Source: Phycisphaerales bacterium (GTDB lineage: Bacteria; Planctomycetota; Phycisphaerae; Phycisphaerales; UBA1924). From it: a stretch of 64,000 nucleotides of DNA. The stretch spans positions 3,200,001 to 3,264,000 of the forward strand of contig OZ245777.1 of assembly GCA_965227775.1 (NCBI GenBank), given 5' to 3'. The notes under the pieces are model-generated. The model searched no databases and was not told where the DNA came from. It saw only the letters and a program-made list of their open reading frames with translations. The translations under genes were made by a program, and so were the position numbers. Within the stretch, counting starts at the first letter, position 1; each line of letters starts with the position of its first letter. Shown here piece after piece: positions 12,632 through 22,237 of this stretch.

Positions 12632-13375
12632 CTAGGCGTTCTGGCTCGGGACGCCGGGTTTGCTTAGACCGATGCGTTTGAGCGTGGCGATGAAGTCCCG
12701 TGGCAGAGGAGCCCGCACATCGACCTGCTTGCCGGTCATCGGATGGGTGAACGCGAGGCGATGGGCGTGCAGCATCATCCGGCTGGCGGCATCGGCCACG
12801 GTCGGATTCGCATACAGGTCGTCACCCAGGATCGCGCAGCCAATAGAAGCCAAGTGCACGCGGACCTGGTGCAGTCGGCCCGTGATGGCGCGGCACTCGA
12901 GCAGGGCGGCGGCGGGATTCTGTTCGACGAGCCGGTAGGCCGTGAGCGCGGGCTTGCCACTGCTGGCGATGCGCGCGAGTTTCTTGTCCTTCTGTTCTTC
13001 AAGGATCGGACGGTTGATCGTTCCCGTCGGCAGCTTGGCGGGTGCACGGCGGGTAATCGCGTAATAGAACTTGGCCAATTCTCGCTTGCGGAAGAGGTCC
13101 GCCAGTGCGTCGTAGCTCTCGGTCGAGAGGGCCACCAAGAGCAGCCCGCTTGTGGGCTTGTCGAGGCGATGCATCATGCCGAACTCTCGCGCCTTGCCGA
13201 CGTTTTGGAGCTTTGCACCGAATTGGGTGAACAGTCCGTTCAGCAGCGTGTCGCTGGCGTGGGCCTTGCCGGGCACCGTTGCGAGGCGCGCTTTCTTGTC
13301 GACGACCAGCAGGTGCTCGTCTTCGTAGCGGACGTTGAAGGTCACGCGCTCGTTGGGCTCGATCGAGAGATTCAT
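12632..13375 (-). CDS. RluA-family pseudouridine synthase
   Basis: HRLDKPTSGL (catalytic Asp), TGRLHQVRVH, ILGDDLY, MLHAHRLAFTHP. Confidence 0.93.
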   Translation of the reverse strand: MNLSIEPNERVTFNVRYEDEHLLVVDKKARLATVPGKAHASDTLLNGLFTQFGAKLQNVGKAREFGMMHRLDKPTSGLLLVALSTESYDALADLFRKRELAKFYYAITRRAPAKLPTGTINRPILEEQKDKKLARIASSGKPALTAYRLVEQNPAAALLECRAITGRLHQVRVHLASIGCAILGDDLYANPTVADAASRMMLHAHRLAFTHPMTGKQVDVRAPLPRDFIATLKRIGLSKPGVPSQNA

Positions 13376-13378
13376 GGG

Positions 13379-14179
13379 CTACCAATCTTCTTTCGGACTG
13401 GCGTCGTGATCGATGTACCAGCGTGTGTGTCCGCCGAGGAGTTCGGGCACGGGCGAGCGTTGACCGGCGGCGATCGCTTCGAGGGCGCCCCTCACCTGCT
13501 TGCCGACCGCGAGCACGCCCATGAATCGACTGCCCGAGAGCATGCGTTCGGTGAGGGTGACAGACTGGTCGGGCAATCGAACGACCAGGCGGTCTTCGCC
13601 GCCGGCGTGCTCGGGGTCGAGCCTCCCGGCTATGCCGTTCTCGCTGAGACCCAGCACGGCCATGTCGAGCCGGTCGTGGCCGGTGGGCCGAGCGCCCAGG
13701 TGCTTCTGGATCTGGCGCTCGTACTCGGTATCGGCGGCGGGCCTGAACGCCGAGATGCCGTGGACCTGATCCCTCGGGATTCCCGAGTGCCCGATGATGA
13801 GGTCTCGCAACACCCCGTACACGCTCTGCGGCTGGTCGTGGGCGACCGGGGCCTCGTCGATGGTCCAGACGTGGGTGTCCCGCCACGGCAAGGACCGGTA
13901 GGCCGGGTCGGTCATGAGCTCTCGGCACAGCCGCTCGAGCAGGTTCAGCGTGTCACCGCCGGAAACGGCCAGGTGGAAGCTACCAAATTCTCGCACGCAG
14001 GCCGTGGCCTGGAGCGTGAGGTCGCTGGCGAGGGAGGCGAGCGCCTCTTCGACCGAGGGCTCGAAAGCGACCGTGTCGCGCAGCGGCGGCGGCGGCGGGT
14101 CCTTCTCGAGTTCGATGGGCGGGAGTTCCACGGGTGCATTGTCGGCCGGCTGGACCCATAAGGCCACATACCGCCACAT
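13379..14179 (-). CDS. 6-phosphogluconolactonase-like protein with degenerate active-site motifs
   Basis: FHLAVSGG, LPWRDTHVWTIDE, DMAVLG, TRWYIDHDA; start uncertain. Confidence 0.7.
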   Translation of the reverse strand: MWRYVALWVQPADNAPVELPPIELEKDPPPPPLRDTVAFEPSVEEALASLASDLTLQATACVREFGSFHLAVSGGDTLNLLERLCRELMTDPAYRSLPWRDTHVWTIDEAPVAHDQPQSVYGVLRDLIIGHSGIPRDQVHGISAFRPAADTEYERQIQKHLGARPTGHDRLDMAVLGLSENGIAGRLDPEHAGGEDRLVVRLPDQSVTLTERMLSGSRFMGVLAVGKQVRGALEAIAAGQRSPVPELLGGHTRWYIDHDASPKEDW

Positions 14180-14307
14180 TGGACTGCTGGCGATCGGTGA
14201 TTGTCACGCGTGCAACCCGGGCGTTGTAGACTGGTAGGAGAGCGAGCCCTCGGGGAGGGCGTTGCGGCCGGCCCCACCGCCGCCGGCCCCAGGAGCAGCA
14301 TCAAATC

Positions 14308-16026
14308 ATGTCCGTTGACACGCCACGACTCGTCCTGCGGCCCCACGGCTGGCAGGGCCGGACACACACCCTTGACGGCCGCGAAGTCACGATCGGGCGG
14401 CATCCGTCCAACACGGTGCGCCTGGCCGACGAGAAGGCCAGCCGTCACCATTGCGCCGTGCGGACCGACGTGACCGGCCGTTATCTGGTCGTCGACCTGG
14501 ACTCTCGCAATGGCACGCGAGTGAACGAGGTGAAGGTGCAGCAGTCGTACCTCGACGAGGGCGACGTCATCCGCGTGGGCGGGCATGAGTTCCTGATCGA
14601 GTTGACACAGGGCGAGACCGAAGGCGTCGAGGATGCCGGTGACTCCTCGACGGCGACTGCCGTGCGAACCAGCCGCAGGAAGAAGGGCTCCACGACGTCG
14701 GCCACCAAGTCGGCCTGGGCAAACGAGATCCGCCGGACAATCGAGAACCTGCCGCCGGCGGGCAAGATGGCATCCGATCTGTCGATCTTGAACGCGTCTG
14801 GAGAGCGATCGAGCGCGTTGCAGGGTGAGAGCCCGGGGCCGGTGGCGGTGCGACTCTTGCTCGCGAGCGCCGACAAGAGCCGGGCGACGGACATCCACCT
14901 GGAGCCTCGCGGCGAAACGTACCAGGCCCGGCTTCGCGTGGACGGGCAGATGGTGCCGCTGGCGGAACTGCCCAGTAGCGCGGGCAACCTGGCGTGCAAC
15001 CTGATCAAGACGGCGTGCGAGCTCGAGGTATCGGGCAAGCAGGCGGTGCACGATGGAACGATGTCGGCCGTGTTCGGCGGAGAAGGCGAGGGCGGCAGCG
15101 ACCGGCGCGTGGAGTACCGCGTGAGCTTTACGCCTGCCGTCGGCGGGCAGAAGCTGGTGATGCGCGTGCTCGATGGACGGGGTGTGCCGCACTCGATCGA
15201 CAGCCTGGGCCTCGCGCCGTACATGCAGCCGCGCATTCGAAAAGTCGTGGGCAAGGACGCCGGCATGCTGCTGGTGTGCGGGCCGACGGGTAGTGGCAAG
15301 ACGACGACGCTGCACAACTGCGTGCGCGAGATCGATCGCGAGCGCAAGAACGTCATCACAATCGAAGACCCGGTCGAGTACAAGCTCTCGGGTGTGACGC
15401 AGATCCCCGTCGATGAGAAGCAGGGCCTGGGGTTCAGCGGCCTGTTGCGCAGCGTGCTGCGGCAGGATCCCGATGTGATCCTCGTCGGCGAGATCCGCGA
15501 CGAGGAGACGGCGCGGACGGCGATGCAGGCGGCGATGACCGGTCACCTGGTGTTCTCGACCGTGCACGCGAAGGACACGGTGGCGGCGATCTTCCGGCTG
15601 CTAGACCTGGGGGTGGAGCCCTACCTCGTCGCAAATGCGCTCGACCTGGTGCTCGCCCAGCGGCTTGTGCGGGTGCTGTGCTCGAACTGCCGGCGCGAGG
15701 TGCCGCTGAGCCCTGGGCAGGCCAGCAAGCTGGGCGCCACGCTCAGCAAGCACTCGGGCGCGTCGAGCAAGGCAAATCACGTATACACGCCTACCGGTTG
15801 TGCGCGGTGCCTGCGGACGGGCTTTGTGGGACGGCGCGCGATCTTCGAGTTGCTTGAGTTCAACGACGCCCTACGCGACATCGTGCTGCGGGAACCATCG
15901 ATCCAGGCCATTAAAAAGGTCATCGAGGCGGACCTGTTTACCACGCTGCGGAGCTTCGGTCTCCGGCTGGCGGCGCAGGGCGTGACGAGCCTCGAAGAAG
16001 TCGATCAGGTCGCCGGCGAGGAATGA
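14308..16026 (+). CDS. FHA-fused GspE/PilB-type secretion/pilus assembly ATPase
   Basis: N-terminal FHA (IGR, SRHHC, DLDSRNGT); ATDIHLEP, Walker A GPTGSGKTT, TIEDPVEY, Walker B LRQDPDVILVGEIRD, TGHLVFSTVH, CxxC...CxxC. Confidence 0.92.
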   Translation: MSVDTPRLVLRPHGWQGRTHTLDGREVTIGRHPSNTVRLADEKASRHHCAVRTDVTGRYLVVDLDSRNGTRVNEVKVQQSYLDEGDVIRVGGHEFLIELTQGETEGVEDAGDSSTATAVRTSRRKKGSTTSATKSAWANEIRRTIENLPPAGKMASDLSILNASGERSSALQGESPGPVAVRLLLASADKSRATDIHLEPRGETYQARLRVDGQMVPLAELPSSAGNLACNLIKTACELEVSGKQAVHDGTMSAVFGGEGEGGSDRRVEYRVSFTPAVGGQKLVMRVLDGRGVPHSIDSLGLAPYMQPRIRKVVGKDAGMLLVCGPTGSGKTTTLHNCVREIDRERKNVITIEDPVEYKLSGVTQIPVDEKQGLGFSGLLRSVLRQDPDVILVGEIRDEETARTAMQAAMTGHLVFSTVHAKDTVAAIFRLLDLGVEPYLVANALDLVLAQRLVRVLCSNCRREVPLSPGQASKLGATLSKHSGASSKANHVYTPTGCARCLRTGFVGRRAIFELLEFNDALRDIVLREPSIQAIKKVIEADLFTTLRSFGLRLAAQGVTSLEEVDQVAGEE

Positions 16027-16032
16027 GCGCCG

Positions 16033-16611
16033 CTAGGCATGCAGTGCTTCCTGCAGTCTTGATTGCAGCGCGGGCACGGCCTTACGAAGGAACCACGGGT
16101 TCCGGGCGAGCCAGCGGTTGTTGCGCGGCGAAGGGTGCGGCAGCACCATCGTTCGCGGTAGCAAGTTCGCATAGTCGCGCGTGGCTTCGGTCAGCGTCGC
16201 GTACCGATTGCCGAGTTCGTGCTCGAACGCGTAGCGGCCGAGCAGGACTGTCAGCTGGATGCGTTTCAGGGAACTGCGCAGCTTGTCGTGCCACGCGGGT
16301 GCGCACTCCGGGCGCGGGGGCAGGTCTCCACCCTTCCCGGTGCCGGGATAGCAGAAGCCCATGGGAACAAGGGCGACCCTCTTCGGGTCGTAGAAGGTCT
16401 CTTCGTCGATTCCCAACCACTCGCGGAGGCGTTGACCGCTGCGGTCATCCCAGGGCACGCCGCTGTCGTGGGCGGCCGAGCCGGGGGCCTGGCCGATGAG
16501 GAGGACTCGCGCGCTGGGGGCCGCCTGCAAGAGTGGCTTCGGGCCGAGCGGCAGGTAATCGGCGCACAGCGTGCATCCTCGTACCTCTTCGAGCAGGACG
16601 TTGAGGCGCAT
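16033..16611 (-). CDS. Uracil-DNA glycosylase superfamily protein (family 4-like)
   Basis: CTLC, IGQAPG, WDDRSGQRLREWL, FCYPG, PPRPEC, LPHPSPRN. Confidence 0.9.
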   Translation of the reverse strand: MRLNVLLEEVRGCTLCADYLPLGPKPLLQAAPSARVLLIGQAPGSAAHDSGVPWDDRSGQRLREWLGIDEETFYDPKRVALVPMGFCYPGTGKGGDLPPRPECAPAWHDKLRSSLKRIQLTVLLGRYAFEHELGNRYATLTEATRDYANLLPRTMVLPHPSPRNNRWLARNPWFLRKAVPALQSRLQEALHA

Positions 16612-16683
16612 GTGTTTCTCCCTTGCGAGAGGGGCAAAAGCCCCACCGACGCTTTCGCGTGGGAGGGACGTGGCAATTTAAGT

Positions 16684-17180
16684 CTACCGAGCCTGCTTGC
16701 GCTCCCAGTAGCGGTCGGCCTTCGAGCGCAGTCGCGCTCATTGGCGTCGCGCCAGAGGGCGCGGGCGTCGACCTCTTCGTTCTTCAGGAAGAGGTGCGTG
16801 CGTCCGTCGATGACCTCGAAGCTCTTGGGATCGGGCACGAAGTCGGAGTCAACCGAGCAGCCGAACGCGCAGAACCCGCCGTAGGCCGGCAGGTAGCGCT
16901 CGGGTTCGGCCTTGAATGCCTTGGCCTGGCTGGCGTCCGTAAAGAAGTAGGTGACGCCTTCGTGCTGGGCCGCATGAACCGGCGAGCCCGGCTCGGCCTT
17001 GCCCCTGGTCAGGTACGACACGGGGCTGTAGCCGCTCACGCCGAGCGGGATGGTGTGCGCCGGTGAGCGAGCCGGGGTTGTGTCCTGGGATGCTGTCGAG
17101 GACTGGTCGGCAAGGCCAACACCCGCGATGACGGCGGCTCCGGCAACGGCGAGGGTCACGATAACGAGCGAGGTGTTCAT
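16684..17180 (-). pseudogene. Exported YHS-domain protein with a single-base frameshift near its 3' end
   Basis: Signal peptide, GYSPVSY, TYFF, PERYLPAYGGFCAFG; adding one base between 16730 and 16731 gives DLRSKADRYWERKQAR-stop (TAG 16684-16686). Confidence 0.75.
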
Positions 17181-17632
17181 GTGCGATCTCCTGGCACCAT
17201 GCGATACGAGCGCACGATGCCGGTCTTGGTTGAATTTCGGATTGAGATGGGATGGAGTGCGCGCAGCGTGGGCACGAAGGTCGCGAGGATCGCTAGAAGA
17301 GGGAAAGACCCGTGCCGTTGAGTTCGGCCTGGCTCGCGTCGCGGCGGTCGCATCGCGGCGAGTGTTGGATGGGCTGGAGCGGCATCATCGGGCGGATGAA
17401 GTGCCGTGGGCTTGGATTTCTTCCCGGCTCGCTCAGTTCTTGTGGTGTCGAGATTGCGACGCCTGCGCACGCGCCACACCTTGTCGCACCGAAGCCGCTC
17501 GCCCCGTTGGTCTGGCTGATAACTCACGCCTTCTGCCCGGCACAGGCCGCACGCACGGAAGCACCTGCGCAGGTGACCTGGGTGCGAGCTTCGCTGCAGG
17601 ATCACCGGGCTGGATGCCCCGATTTAGCGATC

Positions 17633-18952
17633 GTGGTGCCGGAACTCCAAGCTACTGAAGCCATCGGCCTGAGCATCTCCTTGCTCGCCCTGGGCTGTCT
17701 GATCCCCTTGATCTGGCGGAGCCGGCAGTTGGCGGCGTGGCTGGGCTTGCTGTCTTCGTCCGTGGGCGTCTTTCTGCTCGCGCTGGCCGGAATCATCTAT
17801 GGCTCGGCGACATGGGGTGACTCGCTCTCGTTGCCGGGTAATATGGCGGTCTCGAGGGTCATCGAGGCACTGGGCGTTCTGACAGCGGTCGCGGGCCTGG
17901 TTGCGTTGACGTTCATCGCGGACGGTGCGCGACGCCGCAAGCAGTCTGAGCAGGCGCTCGTTGACATCGATCTCGGGCTCGCCATGTCGGGCAAGAGCTT
18001 GTCGGTGCTGCTCGACTCGACCGCCGATGCGCTGATCGTGGCGCACGGGCTGGATGACGACTCGCTTCCCTCGGCAATCGAGTTCGTTCGGGTTTCTGAG
18101 CATGCGCGGGGCTCGCTTGTGTGCGAGCTGCGGCACGCAGAGTCTCTGGACGACCTCGCGCCGGACTCCCTGCGGGAGTGCGTCCATGGCGCGGTTCGTG
18201 AAGCCGCTTCGACAGGTGTGCCGGCCCGGCGATCGAGCGATACTGGACGGGATACCGCCCACTTCGAGGCCTGGGCGTTCGTGTCTGGCCGCACCGCACT
18301 GATCCGAGTCAGCGATGTCACGTCTCGGATCATGCTCGAGGAAGAGTTGCGTTCGTTCGCGTACACGGACGTCTTGACCGGGCTGGCGAATCGACGGAAG
18401 TTCGAGGCGTATGCCCGCAGGCTGGAACGTTCGGCGGAAGACGCTCCGGCGATCGCTCTGGCATACCTCGACCTGAATGGGTTCAAGGAGGTCAACGACG
18501 CCCACGGCCACAAGCGGGGGGATGCCGTCCTCGTGGAATTCGCCGAGCGCTTGTCGAGCGCCGTGGGCACTGCCTTCGAGGGCGTGGAGCCGGCGCCGCT
18601 GGCGGCGAGGCTCGGGGGTGACGAATTCGTTGTGCTGCTGGTCGATCAAAACCCGTCAGAGATCGAAGCGTTTGCGACGAGCCTGTACGACGTTCTCGCG
18701 GAGCCCTACGGACCGGTCGATCACGCCGTCCACTGCCCGGCGAGCATCGGCGTCGTTGGTGTCACGGGTACGCTCGAGTCGCTCGATGAGCTCCTGCAGC
18801 ACGCGGATGCGGCGATGTACGCTGCGAAGTTCTCGCAGGGCAAGAGCCTTGTGATCCGGCTTGACGCTGGGACGGATGCAGACGACCTCCGGCGGCGTCG
18901 CAAGTCAGATTGGCATCTCAACTCGAATTCGACATCGGAGCGGAGGGCGTAG
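17633..18952 (+). CDS. Membrane-anchored diguanylate cyclase (GGDEF)
   Basis: About 3 TM helices, PAS-like linker, DVLTGLANRR, DLNGFKEVNDAHGHKRGD, RLGGDEF, ADAAMYAAK; start uncertain (ORF open from 17312). Confidence 0.9.
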   Translation: MVPELQATEAIGLSISLLALGCLIPLIWRSRQLAAWLGLLSSSVGVFLLALAGIIYGSATWGDSLSLPGNMAVSRVIEALGVLTAVAGLVALTFIADGARRRKQSEQALVDIDLGLAMSGKSLSVLLDSTADALIVAHGLDDDSLPSAIEFVRVSEHARGSLVCELRHAESLDDLAPDSLRECVHGAVREAASTGVPARRSSDTGRDTAHFEAWAFVSGRTALIRVSDVTSRIMLEEELRSFAYTDVLTGLANRRKFEAYARRLERSAEDAPAIALAYLDLNGFKEVNDAHGHKRGDAVLVEFAERLSSAVGTAFEGVEPAPLAARLGGDEFVVLLVDQNPSEIEAFATSLYDVLAEPYGPVDHAVHCPASIGVVGVTGTLESLDELLQHADAAMYAAKFSQGKSLVIRLDAGTDADDLRRRRKSDWHLNSNSTSERRA

Positions 18953-21057
18953 TGCGCGATGCTTCGACCGATCATCGGGGAGATGATGCGCCGCGTCGTG
19001 CAAGTGACGACGCGGTCCTGTCGAACGCGATTCGCGTCGCCAAGGCAATCGGTGCGCTCTGGGAGTGCTCGGCACTTTATGAACCGGGTCACCCGTCGTT
19101 CGAGTCTGCCCTGAAGGAGTGCAGCGAGGCGACCGGCCGCATTGCCCAACCTCTGATCTTCCGGGTGCACGAGTCTGGTCTTGCGGTAGACGATGACGAC
19201 GGACAGCGCTACGCCAAGAGCTTCGCTTCAAGGCTTCGGTCGCGGAGCATCGTCGGGATCTCATTCCACCGATCGCTGTCGGCTGACGTGCTGATCGAGT
19301 TAATGGGCGTACTCGGTTGCAAGGACCTGACCCCGCCAGAAGCCATCGAGAAGATCTTCGCCAGCACTGGTGGCGCTGTTCGTGCGTTCCAGCCTTCGGA
19401 GCAGACCTCGGCGGCATCACGCGGCGATGAAGACACGGGTCTCTCCGGTGAGGACCGCGAGATCTCATTCGGGAGCTCTCGGGCGAGCTTGCCGTCATCG
19501 CTCCCAGCTGAGGTTGAGGAAATCGTCGGCCGGCTGCAATCATGCGATGGAGAGGCATCACTTCAGGATGGTGAGCGTGGCCCGGCCGATGCGATGCAGT
19601 GGTTTCAGCAGCAGTTCGCGCAGCTCGAGGGTGCGCACCAGCGCCAGTTGCTGGAGGCGCTCTCGTCGCGCGAGTCGCTCAGCTTCGAGCACGCCGCGTT
19701 CGCGCTTTCCCAGATGCCGCTGACGAACCTGACCGACGCGATGGCGGTGCTCGCCCGCAAGGACTCGCAGGTAAGCGAGACTTCGCTCCTGCTGCTTCGC
19801 CGCATGGCCGACCTCGCCGTTGGCTCGGCGACGGATCTTCGCTCGCTCGCATCGATCGCCGCGGAGTGGGCGGACAAGGGAACGGCCCGGACTCCGGAGC
19901 AGGAGAAGATCGCTCGCGTCTCGGCGGAGATTCTGGGGCGACAGTCTGAGGGCGAGTTTCGCTCGGAGTCGTACTCGACGCTGCTGAACCGCATGATCGA
20001 GGACACTCCGGCGCCGAAGACGTCGGTCGCGATGCGGCTTGAGGACGAACAGTCTTCACTGCCTGCCGTGGCCACCGAGATTATCTGCGATCTCGCGGAG
20101 TCTCCGCCCGACAACGACATCGACGTGAGCAACCTGTACGAGGTGCTCACCCAGCGTGCGGCTCGACTCGCGTCGGATGGCCGTTTCGATACGCTCCAGC
20201 GGATCATCAAACTGGCGACCGCTACCTCGCGCAAGGCCGCGACTCAGGAGCAGCGCAAGGCAGCGCACGCCCTTCTTGAGATCGCAAACAAGGAACACTG
20301 GCTCGCGGACGCGCTCGCGCGATGCCCCAGCGCGATCATCCTGACCGAGCAACTCGACCTGCACCGTGAGCGAGGCGGTGATGCGATCGACCTGCTGCTC
20401 GAAGTGGCGCGACGCACGCAGTCGTCCGGAGCCCGGGCCGCGGTGATTGAAGCTTCGAGGCGGGTGCCCTCGAGCGACCTCGTCGATCGGTGCATCCTGG
20501 CGGCGGATGCCGACCCAACCGATGCGGTTCGGCTGGCATTCCTGGTCGCCGAACACGACGCCGAACAGCTGCCAACGCTGCTGCGGAGCGCGCTGCTTGG
20601 GAGCGATGCGAATAGCCGTGAGCACGCGTTTCGGCTGATGGAACGGCTCGGTGGCGCCTGGCCCAGAGCGTTGATCATCCGGGCATTGAGTGATGACGAT
20701 GCCGAGATCCGGCTGATTGGCGCACAGGCCGCGATGCCGCATCACGCTGCCTTGCTTGTCGAGCGGCTGCGCGGCGACGTGGGTGTCTTTGCGCCCAATC
20801 TCGAGGAATCTCGGCAGCTTGCCCGGATTCTGGATCAGGATCGCTCGGATGATCTGACCAATGACATCGCCCGGAGCGCGCTGCGCCGGTTTGCGTTCAG
20901 CCTCAGGTCGGATCACTTGAGCTGCCTGGTCTATGTCCTGTCGCGAAGGCCCGAGACCAGGCTCTCGAGGCTCACGCTCCAGGCGGCGCGGCTGCGTGTT
21001 GGGTCACGAGCGCCGGATCGCAGCCCGACCGCCCAGCCCATGAGGAGTGCCGCGTGA
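18952..21057 (+). CDS. HEAT-repeat-containing protein with N-terminal LYxxGH domain
   Basis: GTG start overlaps the GGDEF stop, GGAGGG RBS; helical composition; HEAT/PBS-like LIIRALSDDDAEIRLIGAQAA. Confidence 0.7.
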   Translation: MRDASTDHRGDDAPRRASDDAVLSNAIRVAKAIGALWECSALYEPGHPSFESALKECSEATGRIAQPLIFRVHESGLAVDDDDGQRYAKSFASRLRSRSIVGISFHRSLSADVLIELMGVLGCKDLTPPEAIEKIFASTGGAVRAFQPSEQTSAASRGDEDTGLSGEDREISFGSSRASLPSSLPAEVEEIVGRLQSCDGEASLQDGERGPADAMQWFQQQFAQLEGAHQRQLLEALSSRESLSFEHAAFALSQMPLTNLTDAMAVLARKDSQVSETSLLLLRRMADLAVGSATDLRSLASIAAEWADKGTARTPEQEKIARVSAEILGRQSEGEFRSESYSTLLNRMIEDTPAPKTSVAMRLEDEQSSLPAVATEIICDLAESPPDNDIDVSNLYEVLTQRAARLASDGRFDTLQRIIKLATATSRKAATQEQRKAAHALLEIANKEHWLADALARCPSAIILTEQLDLHRERGGDAIDLLLEVARRTQSSGARAAVIEASRRVPSSDLVDRCILAADADPTDAVRLAFLVAEHDAEQLPTLLRSALLGSDANSREHAFRLMERLGGAWPRALIIRALSDDDAEIRLIGAQAAMPHHAALLVERLRGDVGVFAPNLEESRQLARILDQDRSDDLTNDIARSALRRFAFSLRSDHLSCLVYVLSRRPETRLSRLTLQAARLRVGSRAPDRSPTAQPMRSAA

Positions 21058-22208
21058 CTTCGATCTCACCCAATCAGGCGATGCGGGCGTTGGTGATGGC
21101 TGAAGAAGCCGAGCGGCTGTACGGGCGTGGGCACACACTCACGAGGCAAGCCGTGGAGCGGGCGATCTCGGACGTCACGGCGGCAACCGCCAGCGCGAGC
21201 ATCTCGCTCAGCTCGGTGCGGACCGGGCTCATCGTCAATCGGATCATCGTGAACGAGCCTTGGGCGGCGAACGCCGCTTTCGCTCGGAAGCTCACGCATG
21301 GCGGGCTGCAGCTTGTCACGTTCGAGCGGGGGCAGACCAAGTCGGACGTTTCGTGGTTGTTGGAGCACGGCGACGGCGATACTTGGACGGCGAGTCCAAC
21401 CAACAGGATCCATCGGAGCATCATCGTGCGGGCGGAGTCGGGCATGTTGCCGGCATCGGTCGCGTCTCCCGCTGGCGCACGCCCGACCGGAGAAGAACTC
21501 GTCGAGGGTGGCGGCGCGTATCAGCTGCAGGAGACGTGGACGTCGCTGCTCGCTGGAGAGCGTCGGATCGGGGACGATGTTGCGCAGCTGGCCGCGCGGA
21601 TGAGCGCGGCCATGCTAGCCAATAGCGACTCGATGGTGCCGCTTGTGGACCTGAAAGCCCACGACGAGTACACATACGTGCACGCCATCAACGTGGGCTT
21701 GATCGCATCGGCTCTGGCGCAGGCAACTGGACTTTCGGGCGACACGCTCCACCAGATTACCGAAGCGGCGCTCCTGCATGATGTCGGGAAGAAGCTGACG
21801 CCGCTCCGGCTGCTGGGCAAGCCCGGCAGGCTGTCGGACGCCGAACGAGCGGTAATGCAGAAGCATCCGTCATCGGGCGCCGCGATGCTGGCGGGCGTGC
21901 GGGGCGTGAACGACCTGGCCGTCGTCGCCGCGTACGAGCACCATATGCGTATCGACGGCAAGGGCTACCCGCACACGCGAGGCGATCGCACGCCATCCTT
22001 GTGCAGCCAGTTGATCCAGATCGCGGATGTGTTCGATGCGCTGCGGAGCGACCGGCCGTATCGGGCTGGACTCTCGAACCAGCAGTGCCTCGAGGTCCTG
22101 GAAGAAGACAGCGGCACGGCGTTTGATCGTGATCTCTTCGAGGTCTTCCGCACTCGAGTGATCCACCGGCTCGAGTCCAATGATGGCTCATCCGAGGCAG
22201 CGGCCTAG
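21054..22208 (+). CDS. HD-GYP cyclic-di-GMP phosphodiesterase
   Basis: HDEYTYVHAINV, LLHDVGK, KHP, EHHMRIDGKGYP, IADVFDALRSDRPYR; GTGA overlap with the upstream gene. Confidence 0.92.
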   Translation: MTSISPNQAMRALVMAEEAERLYGRGHTLTRQAVERAISDVTAATASASISLSSVRTGLIVNRIIVNEPWAANAAFARKLTHGGLQLVTFERGQTKSDVSWLLEHGDGDTWTASPTNRIHRSIIVRAESGMLPASVASPAGARPTGEELVEGGGAYQLQETWTSLLAGERRIGDDVAQLAARMSAAMLANSDSMVPLVDLKAHDEYTYVHAINVGLIASALAQATGLSGDTLHQITEAALLHDVGKKLTPLRLLGKPGRLSDAERAVMQKHPSSGAAMLAGVRGVNDLAVVAAYEHHMRIDGKGYPHTRGDRTPSLCSQLIQIADVFDALRSDRPYRAGLSNQQCLEVLEEDSGTAFDRDLFEVFRTRVIHRLESNDGSSEAAA

Positions 22209-22237
22209 CACGCTGGAGCGCGACCGTTTGCGATCGA

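Noticed and set aside
16033..16611. UdgX-type suicide glycosylase
   Set aside because: No KRRIH loop
16266..17180. 304-aa YHS ORF as a real long protein or selenoprotein
   Set aside because: The extension is explained by a frameshift and overlaps UDG out of frame; the motif has Cys codons and no in-frame TGA
17375..17382. TGGAGCGG matching the tRNA-Ala 3' end as a possible att site
   Set aside because: Only 8 bp, which is expected by chance in GC-rich DNA; a 10-bp match near 18937 overlaps an RBS inside an operon
17177..17605. 142-aa minus-strand ORF between the YHS and GGDEF genes
   Set aside because: No motifs and atypical composition; more likely a divergent promoter region
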